Shown here: positions 8,973-17,736 of the stretch, piece by piece
Numbering within the stretch: the first letter of the stretch is position 1
Layout of the letters: each line of letters begins with the position of its first letter
From: Thermoplasmata archaeon
GTDB lineage: Archaea > Thermoplasmatota > Thermoplasmata > Thermoplasmatales > B87-G9
Assembly: GCA_003649695.1 (NCBI GenBank)
Contig: QMSR01000001.1
Span: 1-36,312, forward strand
Direction: 5' to 3'
DNA: 36,312 nucleotides
The notes under the pieces: model-generated
Database searches by the model: none
What the model was told of the DNA's origin: nothing
Seen by the model: only the letters and a program-made list of their open reading frames with translations
Translations under genes and position numbers: made by a program

Positions 8973-9306
8973 TCTTATCCTTCCATTGCTGCCATTTCTT
9001 CATATACCTCGTCGGATTGGCTATGCTCTGCAAATGCCTTCCAGTCTCTCTGTATAGCCTGATCATTCTCTTGCGCATCTTTCTCAGCCATTGCACTCGC
9101 AAATCATTATAGAACGAGACCATGGCGAATCCTGTCTTCTCCCGTCGCGGACTGCGAATATGAATGCTGACAATCAGACTATACGGATGATTCTTACGGA
9201 CATCATATATCCGCATCACCCCATCCTTTTCAATTGTCAGAAGACACGGTATTGGTTTCAGCATATTAACACAATTCTCTCGTCCGTCTGGTGCGAGGAG
9301 CGTCAA
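8950..9306 (-). CDS. Hypothetical protein
   Basis: Fills the gap in the operon; start uncertain. Confidence 0.55.
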   Translation of the reverse strand: MTLLAPDGRENCVNMLKPIPCLLTIEKDGVMRIYDVRKNHPYSLIVSIHIRSPRREKTGFAMVSFYNDLRVQWLRKMRKRMIRLYRETGRHLQSIANPTRYMKKWQQWKDKNDQIIDN

Positions 9307-9433
9307 ACGTCCCGCATTCAGAGCATTGCCAACTATGATACTCCGGATTCCATGTCACAGATTTCTTGCCACACATCTTACATCCGAAGAACTTCGTCAT
9401 GAAATATTTTTCTGTCCCCACAATCTCCTTCAT
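9266..9433 (-). CDS. Small zinc-ribbon protein
   Basis: CKMC...WQCSEC; GAGGAGG RBS. Confidence 0.7.
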   Translation of the reverse strand: MKEIVGTEKYFMTKFFGCKMCGKKSVTWNPEYHSWQCSECGTFDAPRTRRTRELC

Positions 9434-9464
9434 GCTTCCTCCTCTCATACCCTATTATCTGAAT

Positions 9465-9517
9465 TCAACCCTATATTTCTCAACCCTTTTAATATCAACC
9501 CTTTTGAATTCAACCCT
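9465..9517. repeat. Four TCAACCCT units at an exact 15 bp period
   Basis: Starts at 9465, 9480, 9495, 9510. Confidence 0.95.
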
Positions 9518-9518
9518 T

Positions 9519-10079
9519 TTATCTGAAATTTTCAGGAGATACACGATCAAAGAAGTCCTGAAGAAGGCAACAATAGACATGAAGAGAACCACCCTCTTTC
9601 AAATCCACCCGGGCGATGATATGAGGACACTGGCGAAGAGCAGAATACGTGTCAATATGAGACATCATACGCAAAGGGAAAAAAGCCAACGTCTCACGCC
9701 TATCACGACGAGTAATCAGCATCCAAGCATCCAAACCAGCATTCTTTCTATCCTCATCTACCTGATGAAAAAATTGCTCCCACTGCTGCATTGCTGCAGT
9801 TTCCTTCTTATCCATCATATCCATGAATGTATATGCTGAATATCCACGTTTCACCTCTATCGTAAAATAATCCAGGAGAGGCTGACCAATAGGATCTGTG
9901 GCTTGAATGTCACCATACTGACCAAATGTGCTCTTGCCCGTCTTGGAACGAGTCTTCGCCATGGCACCAGAATTTGCGGACCTCCAGAAGACATCATCTC
10001 TCTGACCACCCGTCCACCATGCAGACAATTGTCTGCAGACCTGTCTCTCAAATTCGCTTCCTTTTCCGCTTTTTGCCAT
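9519..10079 (-). CDS. Holliday junction resolvase, PD-(D/E)xK (Hjc/T5 D14-like)
   Basis: KGSEFER...SGA...GDI...IEVKR. Confidence 0.8.
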   Translation of the reverse strand: MAKSGKGSEFERQVCRQLSAWWTGGQRDDVFWRSANSGAMAKTRSKTGKSTFGQYGDIQATDPIGQPLLDYFTIEVKRGYSAYTFMDMMDKKETAAMQQWEQFFHQVDEDRKNAGLDAWMLITRRDRRETLAFFPLRMMSHIDTYSALRQCPHIIARVDLKEGGSLHVYCCLLQDFFDRVSPENFR

Positions 10080-10938
10080 GTGCTCTCCTCAATCTCACTC
10101 TATTGCCAAATTCACCAGCAAATAGACGTGACCAATCTTTTCGCTTTGAACCTTCCAAAAAACTATCAATCCCATATTTTTCACAGAATGCAAAAAAAGC
10201 ATCCTCATCATATTCAGGATCTCGCAATTCAAATGGTCGGGTCTTATGATGAGGCAATATGGTGAGTTCTTTCCATAGACTATACCTGCCATCTTTGGGC
10301 ATGGGTCTGTCCCCTTTGATTATTTCTATGGCTCTCTTGACACCTATTCCTTTCAGCCCTGGGACACCATCAGTCGTACACCCTCCAAGAGCCTTCACCC
10401 TGCCCCAATATCTCGCCTCAATCCCCTTCTCCTCCTCAAAATTATCATTGGTGAGCAGCTTATGTCTCTGAGGATCATACCACTCCACATTATTCGAAAT
10501 GCATTGCCACAGATCTCCATCAGAAGATATGATAATAGCCTTGTCCAATAATACCATCTGATCTGCTGCATATGCTATGAGATCATCAGATTCCAAACCA
10601 GTCTGCCTATACACTGGGAATCCTATTGAAGGCAAGATATCCTTGCGCAAGAGATTCACCTGTTCATGCATTATCTTGATCCTGATCAGTTCCTCCTCCG
10701 TACGATCCTCTCTCCTCCTCCTCTTGTATTCCGGGAACGCCTTCTCTCGATAGCTCTTCTTTGAATCTGTGAATATCATGACTCTATTGGACCGTACAAG
10801 AGGGTCATTGCAAATGGTGAGGAGCTGGAGAAAGAACCCAAACATAATACCAGTCGGAATATCCTCATGGTCTAGACCATCCAATGAATGTCGGGCTCTG
10901 TGCGCCAAGAATGATAAGTCAATGAACACTCGCTTCAT
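10048..10938 (-). CDS. 5'-3' exonuclease / flap endonuclease (T4 RNase H-like)
   Basis: FIDLS, YREKAFPEYK, ESDDLI, SSDGDLWQ, TDGVPGLKGIG (H3TH). Confidence 0.92.
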   Translation of the reverse strand: MKRVFIDLSFLAHRARHSLDGLDHEDIPTGIMFGFFLQLLTICNDPLVRSNRVMIFTDSKKSYREKAFPEYKRRRREDRTEEELIRIKIMHEQVNLLRKDILPSIGFPVYRQTGLESDDLIAYAADQMVLLDKAIIISSDGDLWQCISNNVEWYDPQRHKLLTNDNFEEEKGIEARYWGRVKALGGCTTDGVPGLKGIGVKRAIEIIKGDRPMPKDGRYSLWKELTILPHHKTRPFELRDPEYDEDAFFAFCEKYGIDSFLEGSKRKDWSRLFAGEFGNRVRLRRAHGKKRKRKRI

Positions 10939-12071
10939 TCATCCTCCTCCTCTTCCACCTTCGTGGAATATCGACCCTGACGATGGATGTCACAAGCTTC
11001 TCGGACATCATTCCAACATTCACCCACTACCCGCTGAAGCTTGCGTGACAAGCCATTCTCTTCAATGTGAGCAATGAGTTTTTGCCTGGTAAGAGTGACT
11101 TCAAATTCAGGAGCTTCAATGAGACTCTTCTTCTTCATCCACCATTTTTCAGCTACCAAATAATCAATGCAGGAACCAATATCATCAATGCCATATGATG
11201 GATATATGTCTGTCTGCACCTCGTGACTCTCTCCTGTGATCCGATTTTTCTTGACCTTCAATTTCACATGGATGCCTATCTGCCGATCTCTCCCCTTCAC
11301 CGTCTTCTTGATGGCTCCTGCCAATGAACTCCAGATCTCCACCGTAGCATAGAACTTGAGAGCATGGCCACCAGACCTTGTCTTTTTCTCAAATCCGAAT
11401 CCGATATTGTCCCGGGTCTGGGAAATGATTATCAATATGGACCCTGTATCACGCAAGCCTTTGAGGACCTTGCGTAACCCTTCTGAGTTGCGTTTCGCTT
11501 TACCATCGCCATACGACCCAGGAGTGTCCTTGCCTTTGCGATGTGCGTCTTTATGCTGCTCAAATTTGTCTGTCTCTGATTCACTGGTGAGAGAGTCCAT
11601 GGAATCCAGGACATAGACAAACGGTCTGCCGTCCTTCTTCGCCCGCTCAATGGCATCATCTACGTGATAGTAGAATTCTTCCACCAGGTAAGAATATACA
11701 GGACCATCCTCACCCATCTCTGGAGGCTCTACCCTGTCTCTGACCTCAGCATTGAACAGCTTCTCCAGATCAAGAAGACAACCATCCTCCACATTATCAT
11801 AGATGAGACGATAATTTTTGAATTGTGAGCTGATGAGAGCTTCCGCAAAGCAAGTCATCGCCAAAAATGTTTTTCCTGAAGTGGAGTCCCCTACCAGAAA
11901 ATAGTATTTCCCTTTGAGAAATGCTCCAAATGGATTATTGCTGCAGGCCAGGTTGAGCAAAGTGGAGCCTGATGACAAGAGATTTCGCCTGCTCACCTCC
12001 ATCGCCTTCTTACCACCAGACTTCTTTTCAGCTGCTGCAGATATTTGTCTGGCTCTCATTCTGATTTTCAT
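10935..12071 (-). CDS. recA: RecA/UvsX-like recombinase
   Basis: SSGSTLLN, Walker A GDSTSGKT, VLDS, ISQTR, SGGHALKFYA, KNR. Confidence 0.93.
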   Translation of the reverse strand: MKIRMRARQISAAAEKKSGGKKAMEVSRRNLLSSGSTLLNLACSNNPFGAFLKGKYYFLVGDSTSGKTFLAMTCFAEALISSQFKNYRLIYDNVEDGCLLDLEKLFNAEVRDRVEPPEMGEDGPVYSYLVEEFYYHVDDAIERAKKDGRPFVYVLDSMDSLTSESETDKFEQHKDAHRKGKDTPGSYGDGKAKRNSEGLRKVLKGLRDTGSILIIISQTRDNIGFGFEKKTRSGGHALKFYATVEIWSSLAGAIKKTVKGRDRQIGIHVKLKVKKNRITGESHEVQTDIYPSYGIDDIGSCIDYLVAEKWWMKKKSLIEAPEFEVTLTRQKLIAHIEENGLSRKLQRVVGECWNDVREACDIHRQGRYSTKVEEEEDE

Positions 12072-12085
12072 GTATGCTCCTTATC

Positions 12086-12121
12086 AAAAGAAAAAGAAGG
12101 GCGAGCCTTCACCCGCCCTTC
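12086..12121 (-). terminator. Intrinsic terminator after ssb
   Basis: GAAGGGCGGG-UGAAGG-CUCGCCCUUC-UUUUUCUUUU. Confidence 0.85.
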
Positions 12122-12144
12122 CAGATCAATCTCCATGATGAATA

Positions 12145-13371
12145 TCAGTCACTCGCCTCTTCACATTCGTCCCAATAAGGGCAATCATCACATTCTTCAA
12201 AGGCGTCAATGTCCTTGCCGAATGTGCCGCCGCCTGGACACTTCTTCTTCCCAGAAGATTTTTTGGACGTGGATTTTGACTTTTTCTTGGACTTGGCCGG
12301 AGCTTCGTCCTCGTCGTCATCGTCATCCTCATCATCGTCATCTGCTGACTTCTTTTTGGACGTGGATTTTGACTTTTTCTTGGACTTGGCCGGGGGTTCA
12401 TCCTCGTCATCGTCCTCATCCTCGTCGTCGTCCTCATCTTCATCTGCCGGCTTTTTCTTCTTGGATGTGGATTTTGACTTTTTCTTGGACTTGGCCGGAG
12501 CTTCGTCCTCATCTTCATCATCCTCGTCATCATCGTCATCCTCGTCATCATCGTCGTCTGCCGGCTTTTTCTTCTTGGACCTGACCCTGGAGCGAGAGCG
12601 AGGCTCATCATCGTCTTCATCTTCATCATCCTCGTCGTCGTCGTCAATCTCCAAGAACATCGCCTTGATCTTCTCATAGCTGAAAACATTGAATATCTCG
12701 TCAAGGCAAGCCACCTTCTCCAGCACCTCCTCCTCGTCCATCTCATCCCGGTCTTTGAAGTCGATGCGTGTCGCCTCAATATACTTATTCCCTGCATATT
12801 GCGCATCACTGAATCGGACCTTCAGTGTCTTCCCGTCCTCCGTCACATCAAAGAAACTGAGATTTTCCTCCTCACCTTCTTTTAACTCCTGGTCCAGCAT
12901 GTTGGCAAATTTGCCGACCGACATGGCAAAAATGGCAACGGTGTCCTCTTCATCAGGATGCCAGATGTTGTAGGCGACATAATGCTGAGGGGACAGGTCC
13001 TTGATAGCTTCTTCGTTCTCCTTGTAATCCTTCTTCAGCCTGGTGATTTCTTCACAGATGGGGCATTTCTTGCCAACCGACCGTGGGCAGACAAGACTCT
13101 TCTGTTCCGGCCCGATTCCATGATGGACGTCAAATGGATATTTGTACCAGATGACACCAGGCATGATGCCATCATCAGGATGATGACTGGTCTTCACCTC
13201 ATAAGGCAAGATGTCAATCATGTACCTTCCCGCCTTGTCCGGTGTCCATTGCTCAATCCCTTCCGGGAGGTTGAAGAATGCACCTCCACCACCTTGACTG
13301 CTCGATGCTGCATTTGCTCTCACAGTCTCAGGACTGACTCGCTTTCTCTTTCTTCTCTTCGACATTTCCAT
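12145..13371 (-). CDS. Single-stranded DNA-binding protein (gp32-like) with long repetitive acidic/basic tail
   Basis: IDILPY...VHHGIG...CP...CPICE core; position between UvsY-like gene and RecA; acidic tail. Confidence 0.8.
   Translation of the reverse strand: MEMSKRRKRKRVSPETVRANAASSSQGGGGAFFNLPEGIEQWTPDKAGRYMIDILPYEVKTSHHPDDGIMPGVIWYKYPFDVHHGIGPEQKSLVCPRSVGKKCPICEEITRLKKDYKENEEAIKDLSPQHYVAYNIWHPDEEDTVAIFAMSVGKFANMLDQELKEGEEENLSFFDVTEDGKTLKVRFSDAQYAGNKYIEATRIDFKDRDEMDEEEVLEKVACLDEIFNVFSYEKIKAMFLEIDDDDEDDEDEDDDEPRSRSRVRSKKKKPADDDDDEDDDDDEDDEDEDEAPAKSKKKSKSTSKKKKPADEDEDDDEDEDDDEDEPPAKSKKKSKSTSKKKSADDDDEDDDDDEDEAPAKSKKKSKSTSKKSSGKKKCPGGGTFGKDIDAFEECDDCPYWDECEEASD
12250..12650. repeat. Coding tandem repeats (D/E)n-(A/P)PAKSKKKSKSTSKK
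   Basis: Three near-identical gtggattttgactttttcttggacttggccgg units separated by GAY/GAR tracts. Confidence 0.95.
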
Positions 13372-13510
13372 TCTCCTTTTTGTTCTCTTCCAAAGATCGA
13401 ATGACTCCTCTCGTTGCCATTCGGGCCATAATATATACCCATATCACCCCACATATCGCACCAGAAAGCAAGAGGAATCCGTATCCCATGACAGATAATA
13501 GAGTCATCAT
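13328..13510 (-). CDS. Small membrane protein
   Basis: Hydrophobic N-terminal helix; ATGA overlap. Confidence 0.55.
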   Translation of the reverse strand: MMTLLSVMGYGFLLLSGAICGVIWVYIMARMATRGVIRSLEENKKENGNVEEKKEKASQS

Positions 13511-14019
13511 TTCCCTTTCTTGACCCGTACACGCGCTCTTGCCACTTGCTTCTTCGCCACTGCTTCTTTACGCTTGCTCGTCACCTCCTTCCATGCATCC
13601 ACCAAATTATGCGGAACAGACGGGCCGGCGAAATACTGCTGGCCATGCAAAGTGACCAGTATCTCTATCATCCGCTTCCTCTGCTCCATCGCTTCTACCG
13701 CTCTCTCCAACATATGAAAATCAGCCCTGGCACTGATATGCTCCTCTTGTGCCTCGAGAAATTCAGGGTGGATCTTAATTGCAGCGGCGATAGAACCTTC
13801 CGTGACTTTTGCAATCCCAAATGAATCAGGATCAAGTCGAGCCTTACTGCTCAACTTCGCTTCCAGCACATCCATCTTCAGCTTCGCATGATCAGCTCTT
13901 TCCTTAGCTTCTACCGCCCTCTCCGCCCACTTGAAGAATAGCTCGCCTTGCCGGCCAGCCTCTACCTCCAAATAATTAGGGTCAATCTTCAGATCTGATT
14001 CAAATTCATTCTTTTCCAT
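13507..14019 (-). CDS. UvsY-like recombination mediator
   Basis: Helical protein with KVTEGSIAAAI..HPEF pattern; adjacent to SSB and RecA. Confidence 0.6.
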   Translation of the reverse strand: MEKNEFESDLKIDPNYLEVEAGRQGELFFKWAERAVEAKERADHAKLKMDVLEAKLSSKARLDPDSFGIAKVTEGSIAAAIKIHPEFLEAQEEHISARADFHMLERAVEAMEQRKRMIEILVTLHGQQYFAGPSVPHNLVDAWKEVTSKRKEAVAKKQVARARVRVKKGK

Positions 14020-14047
14020 TTTTTCTCCTCACTATATTATCTGAGTA

Positions 14048-14950
14048 TCAAGTGATCACAGCCTCATAACATGCACGAGCCAACCCTGCTGCCTTTGAGT
14101 CATAGAAATTATCCTCAAAGCATGTGATGACATGATATGCTTGAGGCTTGGACCCACTCAAAAGAACAGCTCTCGCATACCCCAATACGGACCATCTGAC
14201 AGATTCTGGATCCACTGTCAGACCCTTCAAAATCTTACTGACCTTTGACCAAGAATCCTTATTGATGAGAGCACGGCACAAATCAATACATTCTTGATCT
14301 GCCTGATGAGATGTGATGACCCCCTCCCTCTGATCCTCAGGGAGATTCGATATCTTGTCCAGCAATACGAGACAAGTCCGGGCCGAACCAGCTGCGGCAT
14401 CCACGATATCATCCACAATATCAGAAGCCACCTCAATCTTCTCTCGCTTACACACCATCCGAATCAATCGCTTGAGATCATTTTCGGACAGATATTCCAC
14501 TGGCATCTCACAACACCGAGTCCGAATAGTCTTCAAAATCTTTTGCGGATCTGTCGTGCATAAGAAGAAATACACATGAGAAGGAGTGTCCTCTAAGATC
14601 TTCAATGCTGCATTCTGCCCATCCTTGGACATCTGATGGACTTCATCCAATAACCAAATCCGACAATCTCCTCCTGTGGGAGCCATGTTCATCTTCCGTG
14701 CAATATCCCTCACCGTATCAATTCCACGAAAATCAGAACAGTTCAATTCATGGAAATCAATCTGATTGCAGTTCAGCTCCTTCATCAATATCCGTGACAA
14801 TGTCGTCTTGCCGCACCCACTCGGGCCATGAAATAGAATGGTGTGAGGCAAGGTGCCTTTGTCCAGCATATTACGAAGGGATTGGACTGTGGCTGTATTG
14901 CCAATCACTCTCTGCAAATTTCGCGGTCGATATTTCTTATATAATTCCAT
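14048..14950 (-). CDS. Clamp loader AAA+ subunit (DnaX gamma/tau-like)
   Basis: LYKKYRP, GPSGCGKTT, LDEVHQM, QNAALKILE, TIRTRC. Confidence 0.93.
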   Translation of the reverse strand: MELYKKYRPRNLQRVIGNTATVQSLRNMLDKGTLPHTILFHGPSGCGKTTLSRILMKELNCNQIDFHELNCSDFRGIDTVRDIARKMNMAPTGGDCRIWLLDEVHQMSKDGQNAALKILEDTPSHVYFFLCTTDPQKILKTIRTRCCEMPVEYLSENDLKRLIRMVCKREKIEVASDIVDDIVDAAAGSARTCLVLLDKISNLPEDQREGVITSHQADQECIDLCRALINKDSWSKVSKILKGLTVDPESVRWSVLGYARAVLLSGSKPQAYHVITCFEDNFYDSKAAGLARACYEAVIT

Positions 14951-14967
14951 GTCGTCATTCTCCTGAT

Positions 14968-15165
14968 TCAGTATGAACTATTGCATGCCTTCTCATACAA
15001 GGCATTGATCTTTGATGCCTGTCGATGTGAAAAATCTTCGTCGGAACAATGACTGTAGGTGATCTTCTTCTTCATGCTCTTAATGAAATCGACCTCCCAA
15101 TCATTCCCTATCAGATGCACCACCTCATCAATTTCCTCAATTTTCTGCTTCAGCGTCAATGACAT
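14968..15165 (-). CDS. Small hypothetical protein
   Basis: GGAGGTGGAG upstream; NDWEVDFIKSM...SHRQ. Confidence 0.65.
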   Translation of the reverse strand: MSLTLKQKIEEIDEVVHLIGNDWEVDFIKSMKKKITYSHCSDEDFSHRQASKINALYEKACNSSY

Positions 15166-16550
15166 ATCTCCACCTCCTTCTTCTGCGACCAATTCCCATC
15201 TACTGGAGTGACCTCAGCTTCGATCTCTAATGGGACGTTGATCCATTTCCACCGCCTCGTCAATTTCTTCGTCATCACATAATTTGCCAATGCCAAAAAA
15301 TCATCTAGTTCTTCATGCGGGACATCAGCTACAATACTATCATGAATCTGCCCTACAATCAAAGTCTTCATGTGTCTCTTTCTCAATTCCTTCAGCACCA
15401 ACTGGATGAGCGACCATAAGAGACAATGAAACGCAGAGCCTTGGACCGGATAATTGATAATCTCATTCCTCTTCATGTATCCTTGGCAGATGAATCCGGT
15501 CTTTGTTTTCATCCACCCTCTTTCCTGATATTTCTTGACCCATCTCTGCTTCCATCTTGCATACACTGAGAATCGTTTTTCCCAGAAATGCTTCTCCACC
15601 TGCTGAATATGGTGCTCAAATGTTCCTTTCACAGGTTTTTCCTTTGGATCTAGATCACCCAATCTTTTGATTCCTTGAGACTTCAGATGCTCTTTCAATG
15701 GGGTTCCTGAAGCTGTTTCCAGATGCATCGAATCTATGGCCTCCCATAGACTTCTGGCGCAATCCAGATACCAGTCACCGTAGAATTGTGGAAAGACAAA
15801 CATATTCTTCCCGCAATATCTCACTTTTTTCGTCACTTCATCTTGCGAGAGCCGATAGCATTCCATCGCCATATCACGATGCATGTCCTTGGTCTCATCA
15901 CAGATGTATTCGATCATCACTGGGTCTTTATGGTAACAGGCTGCTACCCTCACCTCTATTCCCGAGTAATCCAGCTCCACCAAATGACGACCTTTTCTGG
16001 CAATGAATGCCGTGCGCACCAGCTTCCCTATCTCTTCATTGCGAATCGGGATATTCTGAAAATTTGGAGAGTCAGAAGAAGACCGGAAGGTAGATGCCAG
16101 ATGAAGATTGAATACAGGGTGAACATACCCATCCACCACCTCTCTCTTCACTCCCTTCAAATATGTCCCGACAGCCTTCTCTAATTTCTTGATCTCCAGA
16201 TAGGATTGGACAAAGGGATGGTCAATCGCTGTCAATGCCTTCTCGTCTGTCTTTGGTTTTCCTGACGAGGTCAATGCCGTAGATTTATACCCCATTTCAT
16301 TGAATAGGATATCACCTAGCTGAACAGTAGAATTGATGTTGGTTTTCCTCTTGTATTTCTTCCGCCATAATTTCATGATCTCACTGCTGTCATTCCTGGC
16401 CTTGAGCCTTTTAATTCTCCTCTGCGTCCTGATTATCGCATTATCCAAATATTTTTCATCAATCCGGAGCCCAGCACCTTCCACTCTCGCGAGAGCCAAG
16501 GATCCTTGATGAAGCAATTGGTATGCATTGATATCATATGGTATCACCAA
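15156..16550 (-). CDS. DNA polymerase family A, polymerase domain only
   Basis: RSSSDSPNFQNIP, motif A LDYSGIE, motif B R...K...FYG, NYPVQG, motif C IHDS. Confidence 0.95.
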   Translation of the reverse strand: MVIPYDINAYQLLHQGSLALARVEGAGLRIDEKYLDNAIIRTQRRIKRLKARNDSSEIMKLWRKKYKRKTNINSTVQLGDILFNEMGYKSTALTSSGKPKTDEKALTAIDHPFVQSYLEIKKLEKAVGTYLKGVKREVVDGYVHPVFNLHLASTFRSSSDSPNFQNIPIRNEEIGKLVRTAFIARKGRHLVELDYSGIEVRVAACYHKDPVMIEYICDETKDMHRDMAMECYRLSQDEVTKKVRYCGKNMFVFPQFYGDWYLDCARSLWEAIDSMHLETASGTPLKEHLKSQGIKRLGDLDPKEKPVKGTFEHHIQQVEKHFWEKRFSVYARWKQRWVKKYQERGWMKTKTGFICQGYMKRNEIINYPVQGSAFHCLLWSLIQLVLKELRKRHMKTLIVGQIHDSIVADVPHEELDDFLALANYVMTKKLTRRWKWINVPLEIEAEVTPVDGNWSQKKEVEICH

Positions 16551-17736
16551 TAATCTCCTTCTGCCGTTCCATGATCATATATTCTATGAGGCTGTCCAAT
16601 CCATTATATACCAACAGATCTCTAGTACCTATCTGATCTATACTATTCAGGAGATTGGCATGCTTAGATTTGAGATATGGAAAGATATGAGAATTGTAAT
16701 CAGAAATGCCCAAAAGTGAGTAGGCTTGGAATTTGACGGAGGTGACATGCGAATGATTGGTGAGGACATGAGCCATCAGCATGGTGTCCCAATACCAGTT
16801 CTCCACTCTACATCCCAGTTTCGCCTTTGTCCATCGCTCCTCATATTTGATGTTGGCTGCTACCTTTCTCAGAGGTGATTGCACCACTCGCCTAAGAGCT
16901 CTATGCTCCTTTTCAGTGATCATACAGGCGAAGGTATCCTCACCATTCAAACAAAAAGAAACGCTGACAATGCGTTGCTCAGCTCGCTCTGGCTTCAATC
17001 CCGTCCCTTCGTAATCAAATGCGACGATGCCTTTCTTCTTTGCGAGATCAGCCATTCTCTTACGTGCCAGACGTGGTGATGTAATGATTTCGATCTTCGA
17101 CTCCAGGTCACTCAATGAAACAGGTGGCAAAGGCTCTTTCTCCAATGACATCGCATGCTCAAGATGACGGCGAAATATGCCCATGAGACATTCATCTTTG
17201 CCCATCCGCAAGATATATGAGGGGTGATATGTAGGACAGAGCCATGCGCGATGTGTACTGCTCGGAATGGTGAGACCAGCCCACTTTGAGATCGCACTTG
17301 TGTCCTTCTGATTCTCCCCTGTCAAAATACTACGTAGAGCGGAGCCTCCTAATAAGATGATGACTCTAGGTTTTAGGTCTCTTATGGTGTTGAGCAATGA
17401 TGCTCTGCAACATGAAATCATATAGGGTTCAATCTTATTCTCCGGAGGACGACATATTACAGCATTGGTCTTCCAGCAATCCTCCAGATCTACTCCTATC
17501 GACTTCAGGGTTCCTCTGAGCAAGTTTCCAGCATCACCGATCAATTGAACACCCTGACGGTCCTCTTGCTCTCCTGGAGCCTCGGCGACGAAGAGGACTT
17601 TATGCCTGCCCTTGCCAGTAGGTTTCATCTTGGGGCTGAGGCATTTTTTTGCCAGACCACATTCACCACATTTTGGAATGGTGGAAAGCCTGGGAGCCTT
17701 CCTTTCATAACTGTGAGGCGAGAAAAATCCTGCCAT
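16534..17736 (-). CDS. Family-4 uracil-DNA glycosylase-like domain fused to 3'-5' exonuclease (SPO1-type polymerase N-terminal part)
   Basis: CGEC..C, AEAPG..ED, TNAVICRPP, YHPSY; ExoI FDYEG, ExoIII YNGLD. Confidence 0.9.
   Translation of the reverse strand: MAGFFSPHSYERKAPRLSTIPKCGECGLAKKCLSPKMKPTGKGRHKVLFVAEAPGEQEDRQGVQLIGDAGNLLRGTLKSIGVDLEDCWKTNAVICRPPENKIEPYMISCCRASLLNTIRDLKPRVIILLGGSALRSILTGENQKDTSAISKWAGLTIPSSTHRAWLCPTYHPSYILRMGKDECLMGIFRRHLEHAMSLEKEPLPPVSLSDLESKIEIITSPRLARKRMADLAKKKGIVAFDYEGTGLKPERAEQRIVSVSFCLNGEDTFACMITEKEHRALRRVVQSPLRKVAANIKYEERWTKAKLGCRVENWYWDTMLMAHVLTNHSHVTSVKFQAYSLLGISDYNSHIFPYLKSKHANLLNSIDQIGTRDLLVYNGLDSLIEYMIMERQKEIIGDTI

Noticed and set aside
9465..9517. Possible CRISPR mini-array
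   Set aside because: 8 bp repeats with 7 bp spacers are far too short; no cas genes
12045..12809. Long alternative ORFs (poly-Ser/FFLD, His/Arg-rich, Met/Thr-rich) over the SSB tail
   Set aside because: Shadow frames of the GAY/GAR/AAG repeat; no RBS or independent signal
16520..16560. Intron or intein at the polymerase split (and between the Rad50 halves)
   Set aside because: ORFs overlap with their own RBS; no intein terminal motifs or homing endonuclease
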